Positions 12,582 through 26,307 of a stretch of 64,000 nt of DNA are shown in pieces. Source of the DNA: Octopus vulgaris (Eukaryota). The notes under the pieces were generated by a model. It had not been told where the DNA came from and did not search any database. It worked only from the letters and a program-made list of their open reading frames with translations. Position numbers and translations under genes: made by a program. Each line of letters starts with the position of its first letter. Positions within the stretch are counted from its first letter, which is position 1. Where the stretch lies: the NCBI GenBank assembly GCA_951406725.2, contig OX597827.1, positions 57,970,001-58,034,000 on the forward strand, written 5' to 3'.

Positions 12582-12946
12582 AAGCATCATGATATGAGCA
12601 CTGTAGTATAAGCTCATGTCTCAAGCACAATTTACAACTTAACTTTGATCCCAGGTTGAAACCAGTATTCCACTTCACATATACAGTATATGCTGCAAAT
12701 GTTTCTTTCTGACCTAACCAGTCTTTCCTTCTTTTACTTTGCAATGCTGCCAAGTGTATGAAGGTTGGAAGAAATTAGCACCTTGGCCAATGTTAATGAC
12801 AGGATACAAAATGCTCTTTAGTTTAAAAGGTCAACACTTTATTAACTTGGGCATAGTGACTGCACGTATCAAATTCCAGAAAAAAGTGTAGATTAAAATG
12901 GAAATAGTTGATATTGAGAATGTTTACACACACACATACAAATGTA

Positions 12947-13163
12947 TGAGTGGGTGCTGAAAAGTTCCTGGCTTTAATGGTATTGCAAAAGGCCTGGTCG
13001 GAGGCCCAACGTTCTGAGTTCTTTTACAGGGCTTAGAAAAACTGAAAGACCATTGCAATAAGTGTGTGAATCTGAGAGGGGAACATGTTGAACAAAATCA
13101 TAATCAACTGATCCTCCTGTATTTTCTTTTACTCAAAGCCAAGAACTTTTCAGCACCCTCTTG
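12947..13163 (+). mobile_element. Mariner-derived MITE (internal deletion derivative)
   Basis: ~29-bp TIRs (GGGTGCTGAAAAGTTCCTGGCTTT / AAAGCCAAGAACTTTTCAGCACCC) with TA flanks. Interior translates as GLEKLKDHCNKCVNLRGEHVE, resembling a mariner transposase C-terminus. Confidence 0.85.
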
Positions 13164-15638
13164 TATGTATATATTTATACAAACATACACCTTTTATTGA
13201 ACCAAAATTTTTATCTTGCAACTTGAATTTCATGCCATTGCAATCTCCAGTTCTTGCATGAATTGCAGTGCTATGAGACTCAAATTGGATGATAAAAATT
13301 CAGTTTCAATAGGCCATATAGCCTACAACATGTATTGAGCACTCCTCATTCATTTGACACACAACACACATGTTCAAAGAATATTTTCAGAATAATTGCT
13401 TTATGAAATAAAAGCATTCAGATAAGAAAACAGAAAGCTAGCTTTAAAACTGACAGTACAAAATCTAATGTGACATTTTATATAACCTATTCTATTCTTT
13501 TAATTACTAACTAAGCCCCAAAAGTCAATAAATATTGTTCAAAATATTTTATTTTAAAAAGTGCCATTAATGATAAGAAGAGGGAAGAGAAGATGTTAAA
13601 AATGATTTCAAAAATAGGAGTAAAAAATTTACTTATTGTCAGTGATATGAGCTTGAAATAAAAGAATTTTATTCTAAAAAAATATTCATATAAAAAGGTT
13701 TCACAGAAAAGTAAGTCACATTGTTGACTGGAGCATATTAACCAATGAAGGTGTTTACTATGATGATACTAGTTCAGTCACAAGTTATCGGTATTCATAA
13801 ATGCCTGTGTATGTAGATGAATATAATTTCATATAGGAAGGAAAAAAATATTGAAATATTTATAGAGCATGCATTTATTCATGTTTTTAAAATTATAAGT
13901 TTTACAGTGTCTTTCTTCAGTGTTTTCTTGAAAAATTGTCAGATAATTCTTGAAATATTCTTTTGAAAATGGAAGAGGTTGGAATTATATTGCATTAGTT
14001 ATCGTTTAACACATCACTTTCCACTTTGTTTGAAATGGTGAGAAAATGGTGTGCCATTAAAGTTGACATGGGTAAAATTTCGACAGTGGTTGTTGTGAAC
14101 AAACTGAGATAAAGTTTAAAAAGTTCATATATCAATTATCTATCTAATTAGCAGAAGATATTTTCCTTTTTTTCATAGACAGAAAAGCATTCAAATTACA
14201 ACATAAAAAAACCTAATTGGTCAAGCACCTAACTAAAAATCAGACCCTGCTAAGTGCAGCCAAGTATAGTATAAAGCATAGCTGGTAAATGGTGCAAGTA
14301 GCATTAACAACAAAAGAAATGCTTTTTTTAAGTAGGCAGTTTGGCAAGGAGAGAAAGAAATTGGTAGTGAAATCCGCAAAAGTTCAAAACAAGTTAAATA
14401 TAATATTCTCTCTTGAACAATGATTATGATCATAGGAACTTAGGAAAGATGCTGAAATTTATGAAGTGAGGGGATAGGCCATGCAACTCATCTTCAACCT
14501 ACTTATCAAAAATATTTTTCTGGACACAATAGAAATTGGCATTATGGTCATTTTAAACTTTTTTTTTCTTCCTTGTAATTTTGAACAATGATGGGTCTCC
14601 TTTTGTAAAGCCAAAGGAACTAAGTTATCAGAATATTTCAGGGAAATTAGATTTCACAGTAGGATACTTTCAGAAATGTTACCAAGTAAGTACAATGAAA
14701 TTCTCTCCACTACTATACACACATACTGCCACCTCACATACACATACATACATATCCTTTGGCTATTTTCAATATAGTTTTGCTTTATACCCAAGTCTGA
14801 GTAATGTCTTTGTTCAATTTCATTTACAGTGTCCTCTGCTTTCTTCTTCAAGTGTCTAAAATAGGGTTAATGGAACCATTAAATCTCTTTGACTAGAGAA
14901 CCCTGAAAAATTATCCATCCCATTTCTGAAATTAGACCGTCCTCTCAACATCCCCCCATCACACAAAATGAATCCGAATTGCAATAATCAGATTTCTTGT
15001 TTATTTCTACATTTATTCACGCATAGGATATTTTTTGAGTATACACATGCATGAGACTGCATACATAACACTTTTCAATTTCTTAGATACATAAATTGGA
15101 TAATTATGCTTACATTAATGTATGCATGCACATATATACATGCAAGATGTAAATTTATGCCTGTAATAAATAAATATTTGACATGCCAAGCACTTAACTC
15201 TGACTTTTCTAAGCAGCATGAAGCAAATAATAGCTAAATCTCTAACAGGATAAGCCAACAGTCTATCACAGTTAATTTTTCAGAAAGGTCTGATACATTT
15301 ACTGCATTAGTTTCAAAATTACTGCTGCTATGCACCAGTAACCTATTAATTCATTTGTAAGTAGCTATAATTTTAGCATAAAAAATTCCCTTTCAAAAAA
15401 TCTAATTGGAAATCATATACATGCATATGCATGCATGTATAAATTCATGCACATGTTTTAATGTACAAGCATGCTGCAAATCAAAATTGGAACACATACT
15501 TTGCTTATTGAGGAGAGAGGGGTCATTTACTTTACACTGTTCACTACAGATTTAAAACAGAAAAACACCAACAAAATAAACAAAGAAAAATGTAAGGTTA
15601 CAATTGTTAAATATTTAGCAAATGTCAGCAGTGCTTAC

Positions 15639-15715
15639 CATGATAATATGCAATCAGAGAAAGTCTCGAAACTGGTGAAGAGAGCGAAAACAATCCAATA
15701 CATCATCCATTTTAC
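15639..15715 (-). CDS. REEP: REEP1-4 subfamily, coding exon equivalent to vertebrate exon 3
   Basis: Encodes [25 protein letters not shown](W), in frame with the previous exon. Poly-T plus tacAG acceptor and GTAAGC donor. 77 bp. Absent from the ORF track; found by reading the minus strand. Confidence 0.95.
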
Positions 15716-15807
15716 CTGTAAAAAAAATTGAATAAAAAAAATCATTTAATATTCAAATGGTATATTGCTTATAAATGTGCATCACACACATGCACACTCA
15801 CACACAG

Positions 15808-16060
15808 TCATCATCATCATTTTAATGTCCACTTTTCCATTGCTGCATGTGTCAGCTGGAGTTCACTGAGGTAGATTTTCTACAGTAGGATGTCCTTCAT
15901 GTCTCCCACCCCTCACCTCTTTCCAAGCAAGGTAATATTTCCCAACAGCCAGGAATATTTTCACAGTTTATTGGAAATGAATGACACTGCCTGTAAGACT
16001 GACACCCATTTTACAAGTATCACATGATGTCAAGACAAGAGACACAAACATTCACATATG
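15808..16060 (-). mobile_element. SINE tail fragment
   Basis: (CAT)n-TTTAATGTCCACTTTTCCAT...GGATGTCCTTC. Confidence 0.6.
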
Positions 16061-16121
16061 AAAACACATATACCTACACACACCTAGGGTAGTATGTTGA
16101 TCTTCACTCTACAGACTAAAC

Positions 16122-18783
16122 CAGGTATGGGCAACCTATGGCCCAAGAAGCCTTTTTTCTGGCCCACAGAGACCTGTAGCAGTATGGCCATGAAGTGGTT
16201 TATTTTCTAGTCTGGCCGACTTGTAGGGTAAATAGGTAAAAATGAAACAAGCTTTCATGGAATGCACAATTCTAGTAAAGGTGAAAGGACTAAATTTGTA
16301 GAAACAAAATAGAGAGAGTGTAACTCATGTTTCCCCGAAAAAGAAACAGGAAACATTAGTAATAAAATGAAACTAATTGTAAACCCTACTAGTCAGTGAG
16401 TAGCTAACTTTCAATTTGTAAGTTTGCCTCTTCTTGACACTAGTGAATGATCAACATGTCATTCACGTACTCACTCAAATTCTCTCAAAACCAAGAACCA
16501 GTTTAGTGAATGACCAAGCTACTAACTCAAGACATTCCAATTTGCTAATATGCAAAGGCCAGAAATAACTCAACTCAAATGCATTTATCCAAACAACTAT
16601 CGAGAATATCAGCCATACACAACATACCGCTTCATTCTTATTCCTCTGATCAATTATGTATTTTCCTTATATTAAAGCTTATATTTCACACTCCAACATA
16701 TGCTCCGTTATTTATCACCACTATCTATATTTTTTTCTCGAATTATCCAACCCTAAAATGTTGTCAACAAAAAAGAGAAAAGTTGACAACGAATCCAGCG
16801 TGTTCCAAGAAAAGTGGACCAATGATTATTTTTTCATACAAATCAAAGACAAACCAGTGTGTTTACTTTGCTCAGAATCAGTTTCTGTCATTAAAGAATA
16901 TAATGTAAAAAGATACTACATCTCCAAGCACTCATCTCATTATGAAAGTTTTCAAGGTCAACATAGGAAACAAAAAGTTGAAAATTTAATAAAAGATTTG
17001 AAAGAGTAGCAGACAATTTTTGTCAAGAGACATGAAGATACCGAAAATATTATTCGTGTTAGTTATATCATTAGCAAGAAAATTGCAAAACATTTGAAAA
17101 ATTATTCTGAACGTGAATTTGTAAAAGAATGCCTACAAGCAGTAGTTTTTTGTTCAGGTAAAAAAAAAAAAAAAGAAGTTGATAATATTAGTTTGTCTTG
17201 TAGAGCTGTAACAAGATGGATTGATGAACTTGCAACTAATGAAGAATTAGGCTTGAAAAGACTTTCTTTGCTTTTTAAATATTTTCCCTTAGTTATTGAT
17301 GAGAGCACTGATGTGTCAAATATAGCCTAACTTGTGGTTTTTGTACATGGAATTGATGAAGATTTAAATATCACAGAAGAAATACTTGATCTTTGGGGAA
17401 TGAAAGACACCACCACTGGGGAGGATATTTTTCAAGAATTGAAAATGTTAATGGTCAGATTTAATCTACATTTCAAAAACCTTCATGGTTTATCAACAGA
17501 TGGTGCTCCTGCTATGGTTGGTAGTAAAGCAAGCTTAGTTTCTAAAATTAGATCGGAATTAGCTTCTATGAACTGTCACAAAAGATTTATCCATTTTTCA
17601 TTGCATAATTCACCAAGAGAATTTGTGCACCAAGTCACTCAAATTTGAACATGTCATGTCCAAGGTTGTTTCGAGTACAAAATTTTATAAAATCTCAAGC
17701 TTTGAACCACCGCAAGTTTAAAGAATTTTTTGAGGATATCGAAGCAGAGTATGGAGATTTGGTTTACTATTGTGAGGTGTGATGGTTGAGCAAAGGAAAA
17801 ATGTTGAAATGATTTTACGATCTGAGGAGTGAAATTTTTACATTCATGGAAATGAAAGGAAAGTCTATGCCTGAATTGAGTGATTATGGCTGAATATGTG
17901 ATCTTGCTTTTCTCGTTGACTTTATTTCATATCTTAATGACCTTAATTTGAAATTGCAAGGAGAAGGCCAATTCATTCACCAGTTGTACAGTCATATCAA
18001 AACATTTCAAAACAAAGTGCAACTGTGGGAACGACGGCTCAGAAATTGTAATGCATTCCATTTCCCAACATTGGCAATTCGTGGCAAAATCAATTGTACT
18101 TTTTATGCAGATGAGGTAAAATTGATCAACGAAAAATTCAATAATAGATTTCGAGATTTCAGATAACAAGAAACAAATCTACGTATATTTTCTTCACCTT
18201 TTGATATCAATATTAACCAGGTTCCCAAGGATTTACAGATGGAATTAATTGAACTCCAAGGAAATGAAGATTTAAATCAGGAAATGAGAGATCATTCACT
18301 GATAGAGTTTTATAAAAGCCTACCTACAGAAAATTTCCCATTTATTGTGGATTTTGCTAGAAACAAAATTTTACTCTTTGGGAGGACATATAAATGTGAG
18401 TAGCTATTCTCAAAAATGAAATCTACTAAATCCAAAGCAAGATCAAGAATAACTGACAATCAACTTGAAAATAACTTGAGAGTAACCACCTTGAGCAAAA
18501 CATTGAGATGTTGGTAAAGAAACATCAACCCCATTAGAATAATGTCTCATGGCTATTTTCTCCCTATGAAAATGAATAAATTTTACTGATTCAGCTACAT
18601 TTGTTTTATATCAATAAATTGTTTTGTTGTTTCCCTTATTTTAATATCCTTTTTATATTATAAAGCAAATACTTGTATAAGCACTTGTATACATATTTTG
18701 TAAGTCTATAATTAGGGCTCTGGCCTGCAATTTTGGTGAGAAAACCATCTGGCCTGCACATGGAAAAAGATTGTCCATGCCTT
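16122..18783 (+). mobile_element. Full-length hAT DNA transposon, Buster/Charlie/SPIN-like (GTF2IRD2-like transposase)
   Basis: Imperfect TIRs CAGGTATGGGCAACCT / AGATTGTCCATGCCTT. Perfect 8-bp TSD GACTAAAC (16114-16121 and 18784-18791) with central TA. Subterminal TGGCCY repeats. Internal transposase. Confidence 0.93.
16758..18540 (+). pseudogene. Disrupted hAT transposase
   Basis: MLSTKKRKVD..FQEKWTNDYFF..CLLC..KEYNVKRYYISKH (BED-like zinc finger), DESTD, TDGAPAMVG, HCIIHQE, V*WLSKG, LNLKLQG, FGRTYKCE*LFSKMK. Multiple stop codons and frameshifts. Confidence 0.92.
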
Positions 18784-18859
18784 GACTAAACAGTCAACCA
18801 GATTTAATCTACCTGTAACAGCAGCTGTTTCACACAAGCCAACAAGTCACTAATGCTCA

Positions 18860-19420
18860 GATATTGAATGATAGTGTGCAGGACAGTTCTCCCCTGCATC
18901 CATCTCAGATAAGTTTGGCTGCTGTTACTTCCATCCCTGAAGAGCTTATCTCAAACAGGTAATGCCTCCATCTCTGTGTAACCCCCATGCCAGGGAGTTT
19001 TAGAAATTGTTTGTAGTCTCCAATCTGAAGGTCCTCCAAAAGTGACTACTCAGACTTGATCCCAGGCCATTGTGACTTATACTTTCTATTGACTCTCCAT
19101 AGAAATCTAGAGATGTTTTCCCACTAACAACCTTATCCAGCTAGCACAGTGCTGTGAGTGTCTGGCAACATTCTAGATGCCAAATGCTCAATCTTGGTCT
19201 ACGATTGATCCAAAGCTGCAGTCTGGTGAGATTGAACTGTGGTAAGACAAGTTATATAAAAAATGCTAGCACCAGTTTGCTCCCATTTTTGGCATTGTCA
19301 TCAACACTATCACAGTGATCAAGATATTTCTGCATGTGTGCTAGCCTTAGCATCATCAAGGATAACATCCTGAGACCAACATGTTATGTGTGTTGATAGC
19401 AAATGGATTTCATGACCAGT
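18860..19420 (-). mobile_element. Highly degenerate LINE fragment (RTE-like C-terminus)
   Basis: Higher GC than flanks; minus-strand remnants resembling RL..FGHL.RM and GK..RG. Confidence 0.35.
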
Positions 19421-19934
19421 GAAATTTGACTCTTTTATAAGAAGCAGAAAAGTGCTCCAATTTGGTCTACTGAATAAGTACAAAATAGATTAGACACAAT
19501 TCTCTCTCTTATAAAAGAAAAACAGATGACCTGATCACAATGTTGCTTGTGAAGGAATGCCAGTCATCAACACAGTATGGTTTTCAAAATGTATAAAATG
19601 GTTGATCATAAAGTGAACAGCATATAAGATGATGGGCTAGGTTTCACTAAACTTTCAGACACACACAACCAAAACAAAGATGTAAAAAATAGCTAAGAAA
19701 TGAAAACTTTTCTGTTAACAGTAAGTGGAACAGTTTGGATACAATATTGGAACAAGTCCTACAGCTAACCATTTAGTTGTGACACAGAAGTAGCACCTAT
19801 TCTTCTGCCAGACAAATGAAAATGGAGCGGCATGTCTTTATCTCAGAACACACACGGTAGTAATAAAATTTCAATTCATGCAACTAATAAAATGAGCTGA
19901 AGGAAAATATACACAATAAAAAATTTGAAATAAT

Positions 19935-20145
19935 TTGACACAAGACTAGTAATTTTAGGGGATAGCAATAGCCAATTACATTGACCCTAGTACTTGACAA
20001 GTACTTTATGTTATCAACCCCGAAAAAAATGAAAACAAAGTGAACCTCAATGAAATTTAAACCCATAATTGTAAAGAATTGGAATAAAAACTGCAAAGCA
20101 TTTTTTTCTAATACTCTAATGTATCTGCTGGCTTGCTGTCTTTGA
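19935..20145 (-). mobile_element. SINE family 2
   Basis: Diverged copy. Confidence 0.6.
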
Positions 20146-22472
20146 AAAAATAATAATAATAATAAAATAGACAATATCAAATTGGTGTTTCTAGGGTTTA
20201 ATGGATAAAATTGATGCAGCAAGAGAACAAAAAAAAAGTAAATAAAAAATAACTAAAATAAATAAGGAATTTATGATTATGTAAGACAAACCAAAAGTAC
20301 AAGACTGAAAAAAAAAACTATTAGGGAACTAAAACAATTGCATGTAGCTAGTGAGAAAGACATCTGGCATAGTAACTCAATACCCTTTTCTAATACATTA
20401 CCTGTAGCATTAGTGACATTAGTTGTAATATTCGAAATAGTAAAGTGGAGTGAGCTATAAACAAAAAAAAAACATCAACAGGAATTGCTTTGCAGCTTTC
20501 CACTTGTCAAACAACTTGACAGGAGGATAACTTTATAAGTTTAATCTGTTCAACACTTTATTGCAATGCCCATAACAATTACTTTATTCAAAGAGGAAAA
20601 GTGCATAAAATACTAATTTATGAGTTATGATACATAAACATGCTTTTGTTTTCATGAGAAATATTTGGCTAGTGAACAACCTTTCCTTTCTACACTACTA
20701 TCAGTTTTTACATCCATAAATGGAAATCCTGCTTTTCCAAACAATAAAAGTGCATTATCTGAAAGTCTTCAAACATGACTTTAACATAAACACCACAGAT
20801 TTTAAAAGTGAAAAATATCAAAAATGTAACTGACAGAATTAGAATACACACTTCAATATAAAAATGAAAATGTAAGGGTATTTATTTAGTTATTTTATTT
20901 TTAATAACTGACTCATTTATACCTCTAATACAAACTTAGTGACATAGAAGGGCTTACAGAGGCACTGAAAATTTGAGATTTACAATTTCTACTGTTGAAA
21001 GTTACAAGGAAAAGGAAAAGGCAAATTCATACTGGAAATGAAGATTAGAAATAAGATAAGGAATAGTAGTTAGTCATACTGGAATCATACCAGCTGGTTG
21101 AGATAAACTAACCAAGATAAATGAAGTATGAAGTAGTGAAGAAACAAGTGATCCTTTGGGTAACAGCCATAGTAATAAAGAGTAGGAAGGGGGAAGAGAG
21201 AACAAAAAAAGGTTACTCAGCAAGAAGTCTAGAATAGGAGAGGCAATAAAATAAAGAAAATAAGGCAATGAGTATGTGAAGAGAAAGAATATTTACAGCA
21301 AGTATGCTATTCAGTTGATTCAAAAGAAATTTTCAGTCTTTCTATATTCAAAACAGGAAATCCTGATAGTTTTCTATTCCCTACTTTACAAATAGAATAT
21401 TCTGTACTCCATTCTATAATAGAATATTTTATGCTCCAAAACAAACTTGGAATGCTTTCTCAATTCTCTTTAAATCATACATTTAAAATTGTAGTAGAAA
21501 CTGTTCTCACAGAAATTCTTTATGCTATGATAGGTTATATGAGCAAGTTCTCGAAAACCAGTTGTCACTTAATGGCTGGATATTTGATCTTATACTAAAA
21601 TGTTTGCACAAAATAGCAAATGTGTATTTTTATAATGACATAACCAACCACTAAAAGGTTCAGATTTATCTTTCTCAAAAGACCTCTCTATTTCAACCAC
21701 CATATTTCAGCAACAAATACTTTAGGTAGGTGCTTGATACCACAATCAATGCATAGCTTTTATTCACACAACGCTGTAGCTTTTATTTCCAAACAAGTTT
21801 TGTATGAAAGACTAAATTTTCATGGATTGAACACTGAAATAGTAAATTTTTTTTTCATTTAAAAACTAATAAAAGATCTGAATTCAGACTGGACAAAGAA
21901 AAATTCTAATGCATTTTAATATGTTACTACAGATATAAATTGAATTTAGATTAGAAGAGTGTAGCTCGTGGCCTTTTCAGTCAAAAGAAATATCTTAGTA
22001 CACACATGAAGTATATATCAAGTCTAAATACCTTGTATAAAATACTAATAGAAAGTTTGAAAATGTGCCATAGATGGTAGTTTATCTAAGAATCTGCAAT
22101 GTGATACCCAATCAAGTGCCTAATTGATAATAAACGCAGTTTTAGTACTATATTTTAGCTTTGTAACAAACTATGAATTATTGTTCAGATAAATTGACAT
22201 TTGACCCACTTAAGTGAAAACTGGAGGTTTTCTGTTTAATAAAATAATTTATTTACAGCTAGTCTCATCACTACAAGGTGTAATTTTAATTAATTAAAAT
22301 GCCAAGGCTTACCACATCAAGTGTACACAAACAAGTTTGGACTTCTTTTGTGTCTTATACAAGTAGTAAGACAAGTAACATATCCTTTTGGCAATGAAAA
22401 AGCTTGAATGGCACTGTACAAATAATCTATCCATTCATAAAGGCAGTTCCTGTTTCCCATCTTCATATTTAG

Positions 22473-22692
22473 CCTTCTAGCATTTAAACTGGCCATATCC
22501 ACCTCAAGTATTCTATTTGTTTTATGTTCAAACTGGCTAGATCTGGCTTCTCACACCTACCCTACAATGTAATTTTAAAAATAAACAATGATATCATTGA
22601 AATCTTCAAGTTAGGAGATGAGCCATGATTCATTAAACACAGTGTGAATAAATAAACATTATATTTGACAGAGTAATCTGAATGTGAAAGGG
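22473..22692 (+). mobile_element. piggyBac-like MITE family A
   Basis: Forward copy flanked by TTAG/TTAG. Confidence 0.78.
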
Positions 22693-23771
22693 TTAGAGGT
22701 ATAAATTTATACAATTCACAAATTTCCCAAAGGTTTCTTGAACAGATGATATTTGGAAAGTTAAGATGCCAATCAGTACTCAAAGTTAACAGTTTTTCCC
22801 TTTTCTTCCTTTTTTTTGTAGTCAAGATTAATTACAAGTTTTGATATTATCATCAACTACTTATTGCCATATTTCTGAGAAGAGAGATAAGTGCATAGTC
22901 TTGGGGGAGAATGGTAGGGAAGGAAAATATATATATAGTTTGCTGACCACTGTATTAAGCTGAATTAGTTTCTAGCCTGGAACAAATATATGCATGGATA
23001 ACGTTCTCCAAATGGTATTTAGGCAGAGAATAAATAAGGAAGTTTGGCAGAGGTTACAACTCAGCAAAATAAATGACATACACATTTCAATGGCTTCTTA
23101 TAAGGACAAGTGAGGCAAAGTGAGATAGTTGGTTTCTCAATGGGCCACAACTGATCTGTGTGAGTATAGGATTCTTACAATGCAAATGCTATTTCAGCTT
23201 TGCCTTTGTGTATGTAGTGTCTTCAGGCAATTTTATATAACAGTACTGACTGTATTTCTAATCTGATATGTAAAGGGAGTTAAAAATTCAAGCATGAGAA
23301 GCTACAAATAGAAATGTTTTATGACATAAGTTTATTTTGGATACCAATTTCATCATATTAAGAATTTGGTGAGATTTGCCAACAGATAATTAGAGATTCT
23401 AATAGTTGAAGCAGTATAAAAAAAAAAAAAATTAAAAAAAGGATAATTACATAATCAATTAACCCCAATACTATTTCATTTACTAATCTGTGCTTGTTAT
23501 GTAATTATACTACTGAGATAATAACAACAGTTATAATGAAGGACAATTATCAACACACCTATTTATTTACATGACTGAGTTTTATTTTTTGATATACCAC
23601 AGAATCTTAAATCACTGTATACATTGTGATGCCCCAATTTAGGCTTCTGGTGATTATTTATTTACAAAAGCAGTATCATTACTGTCATTTTCGTTTTCTG
23701 ACAGTTATAGTATGACATTGTTGTTCAAAGTATTTAATGCAGCAATACAATCAAAAAGATACAGCTTTTAA

Positions 23772-23977
23772 CTCTTTAGCATTCAGATTACTTTGTCAAA
23801 TGTAATGTTTGTTTATTCACTTAATTTTGAATTAATCCCATAGCACTGAAATTTTGATGATGTCATTGGTTACTTTTAGAATGACAATGTAGGGTATGAG
23901 AGGGTGGATCTGGCCAGTTTGAACATAAAACAGATTGAATATTTGAACCAGGTATGACTTATTTAAATGCTAAAGGG
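23772..23977 (-). mobile_element. piggyBac-like MITE family A
   Basis: Reverse copy, terminal GCTAAAGGG. Confidence 0.75.
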
Positions 23978-26011
23978 TTCAACTATTGAAGTGACTAAAC
24001 ATATAAAAAGAGATGAAACAATAAATTGAAGGCACTATCACTATCCAAACCTCAACACTATCTTCTGGCAGTAGTGAAACATGGAAAAAAAAACCAAAAT
24101 ACCAAAAATAAAAAAAAGTATTTTCAAACTTTATTTGATTTCAGATTTGGTGAAATTAAACATTTTGGAACAATTTATTACAGAAATACATTAAACTCCT
24201 CTCTTTCACTGAATGGAATTTAAAAGGCAAAAAGAATTTTTAAAAAATAGAAATCTGTGTGTGCATGCTTTTTTTTTTTAACTATAGAGGCCTTGATTTG
24301 TTATGTTTTTGATTTAGCCTCAAAAATCACCAATGGCAATTCTCTGGTTACTATCTTTCATAAAACCACCTGGCTAGATAGAATGTCTTCAATTTGCTAA
24401 ATAGATAAGCAAAATGTGAAGTGAAGGTAAGAAATTATTCTTACCTAGCTGCCATTTAGTCTTAGTGTTATAGCTGAAAAACTTTCCTGTTGGCTGTTCC
24501 ACAATAACATTTATATGTTTACTATAAAAACCAACTGAGGTTCAGAAATAAATACTATAGTCAAATTTGTGGTTGTAGTCTATGAACTGTACTACCTATC
24601 TAGATATCATATACCCCATCTCTGCACAAGGCTTCCATATGTGTTGCTTCAAGTTTACATCCAACAATTGTTGGCTCTCATATTTCACAAAGTAGCTATG
24701 GGTTGATGTTTTTCTTTGCATTGAAGTTAAAACAAGAAAAGTTAGGATATAAATTTAGAAAATAAATCTGAAAACAGCTTCATGAAAGTCATACCAAAAA
24801 AAAAGTGCCTAACAAAACACAAGTACATGAGAATTTCTGCTAGTAACATTAGCAACTTTATGGAGCAGCCAAGTCAGAAAAGATTACACTTTCCACAAAG
24901 AATTTGAAGTACTTCTCCAGATATTGGAAACAAGTGTATGCATGTGTGTTTATTCATCACTGTCCTATAGTGTCAGGAATACTGAAAGATATAGAACCAT
25001 CAATTACTAAAATTAACAAAAGATCTACTCGAGTTCTTTCTGACAAAATGCCAAATTACTTTAATAAATTCTATGAAAAGAATTAAGTTTTAACTAAGAC
25101 AATCTCAGACTGAGTCCTTTGCTTGCCCATACTTGACACAATCCCCAAACGATTTCTATTATTTTTAAAACAATTCAAATTTAACTGTCTTTTTATATGA
25201 CTAGCTATCTACTAGGTATGCTGTAACTTTTAATAAACAGATTAAAACATAAAACAGACAAGGTAACTAAGTAAATTACTTTTCATGGCATTATTAAGCA
25301 TGTGAAGCCATTTTAAGATATATCTGCTAAAACTGTTTTCTAAGATTAAATTCAATTAAATTTAATCAATTTTGCTTAGTAATTACTAATTTCTTAACTT
25401 TACAGCATTACCACTATTATTAATATAATATAAAGATGTACAATTTGCTCTTTGTATGTAAAAAATAACAAACAATAGCACACTCTCTGTTAGGAAAAGA
25501 TATATAGAAAGAACATATTTTATGAAGTGGGAACAAAACAAAAGGTAAATATAATGCTTTATAAACAGTGAAAAACAGGACAATATACACTTATAAATTA
25601 CAGAAGCTGGAAAAGTATGAACCAAGAATATTCGATGCCAATTTCTAAGAAAAATTAAATGCAAATGAGGCGAGGAAATGGTTTGGAAAGGAGGGAGCCT
25701 TAAGTTGATAGCGGCAGATATCTGAGCTGGAGGCAAATCAAGGAATATTTAGGAAATAGTAATGTGGTCAGATTTCAGAAAGCTGGGTTTCACCGTTAAG
25801 ATAATGCAGATTGATACTGAATGAGATTGAAGACATGGTTTTTGTATAGGTCCATTCAAGTGATACTAAAGGAGTTGTTAAACCAATGAAGAAGTCGATA
25901 TTACTTAGCTACAAAAACAATGAATATATGTATGTTTCAAAGAAGAAAATTATTTATTAAAACATAACTTTTCATGGTACAAAGTTCAAGTGATCGGTTG
26001 AGCTTTAAGAC

Positions 26012-26307
26012 CAGTGCTTCTCAAACTATCTGATGTGGCATACTGGCAGTTTTTTTTCTCTCCCCCAATGTGCCAAGGCCCGGTAATATTTCTTAGTAAT
26101 ATTAATTTATACTGGAAATAATATATATAACGAATATAATAAAAGTTGACAGTTTTTTTTATCGTATATTTATTTTGTAAACAAATAATACAATATTACA
26201 TAAGCATTTTATAACGTTTCTATCGCTTCTGGAAACATGCTGCATACTGGCAGCTGATGGCTCATGGACTGGCACCAGTCCACGGACCACTACTTTGAGT
26301 AGCACTG
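26012..26307. mobile_element. hAT/Charlie-type MITE, copy 1
   Basis: TIRs CAGTGCTTCTCAAA / TTTGAGTAGCACTG. Near-TSD tttaagac/ctttagac. Second copy at 62687. Confidence 0.85.

Noticed and set aside
1-15638. REEP exon 4 (FPFYYE...LYRKFVHP)
   Set aside because: No matching sequence found by eye; probably lies beyond the window start, although a miss cannot be excluded
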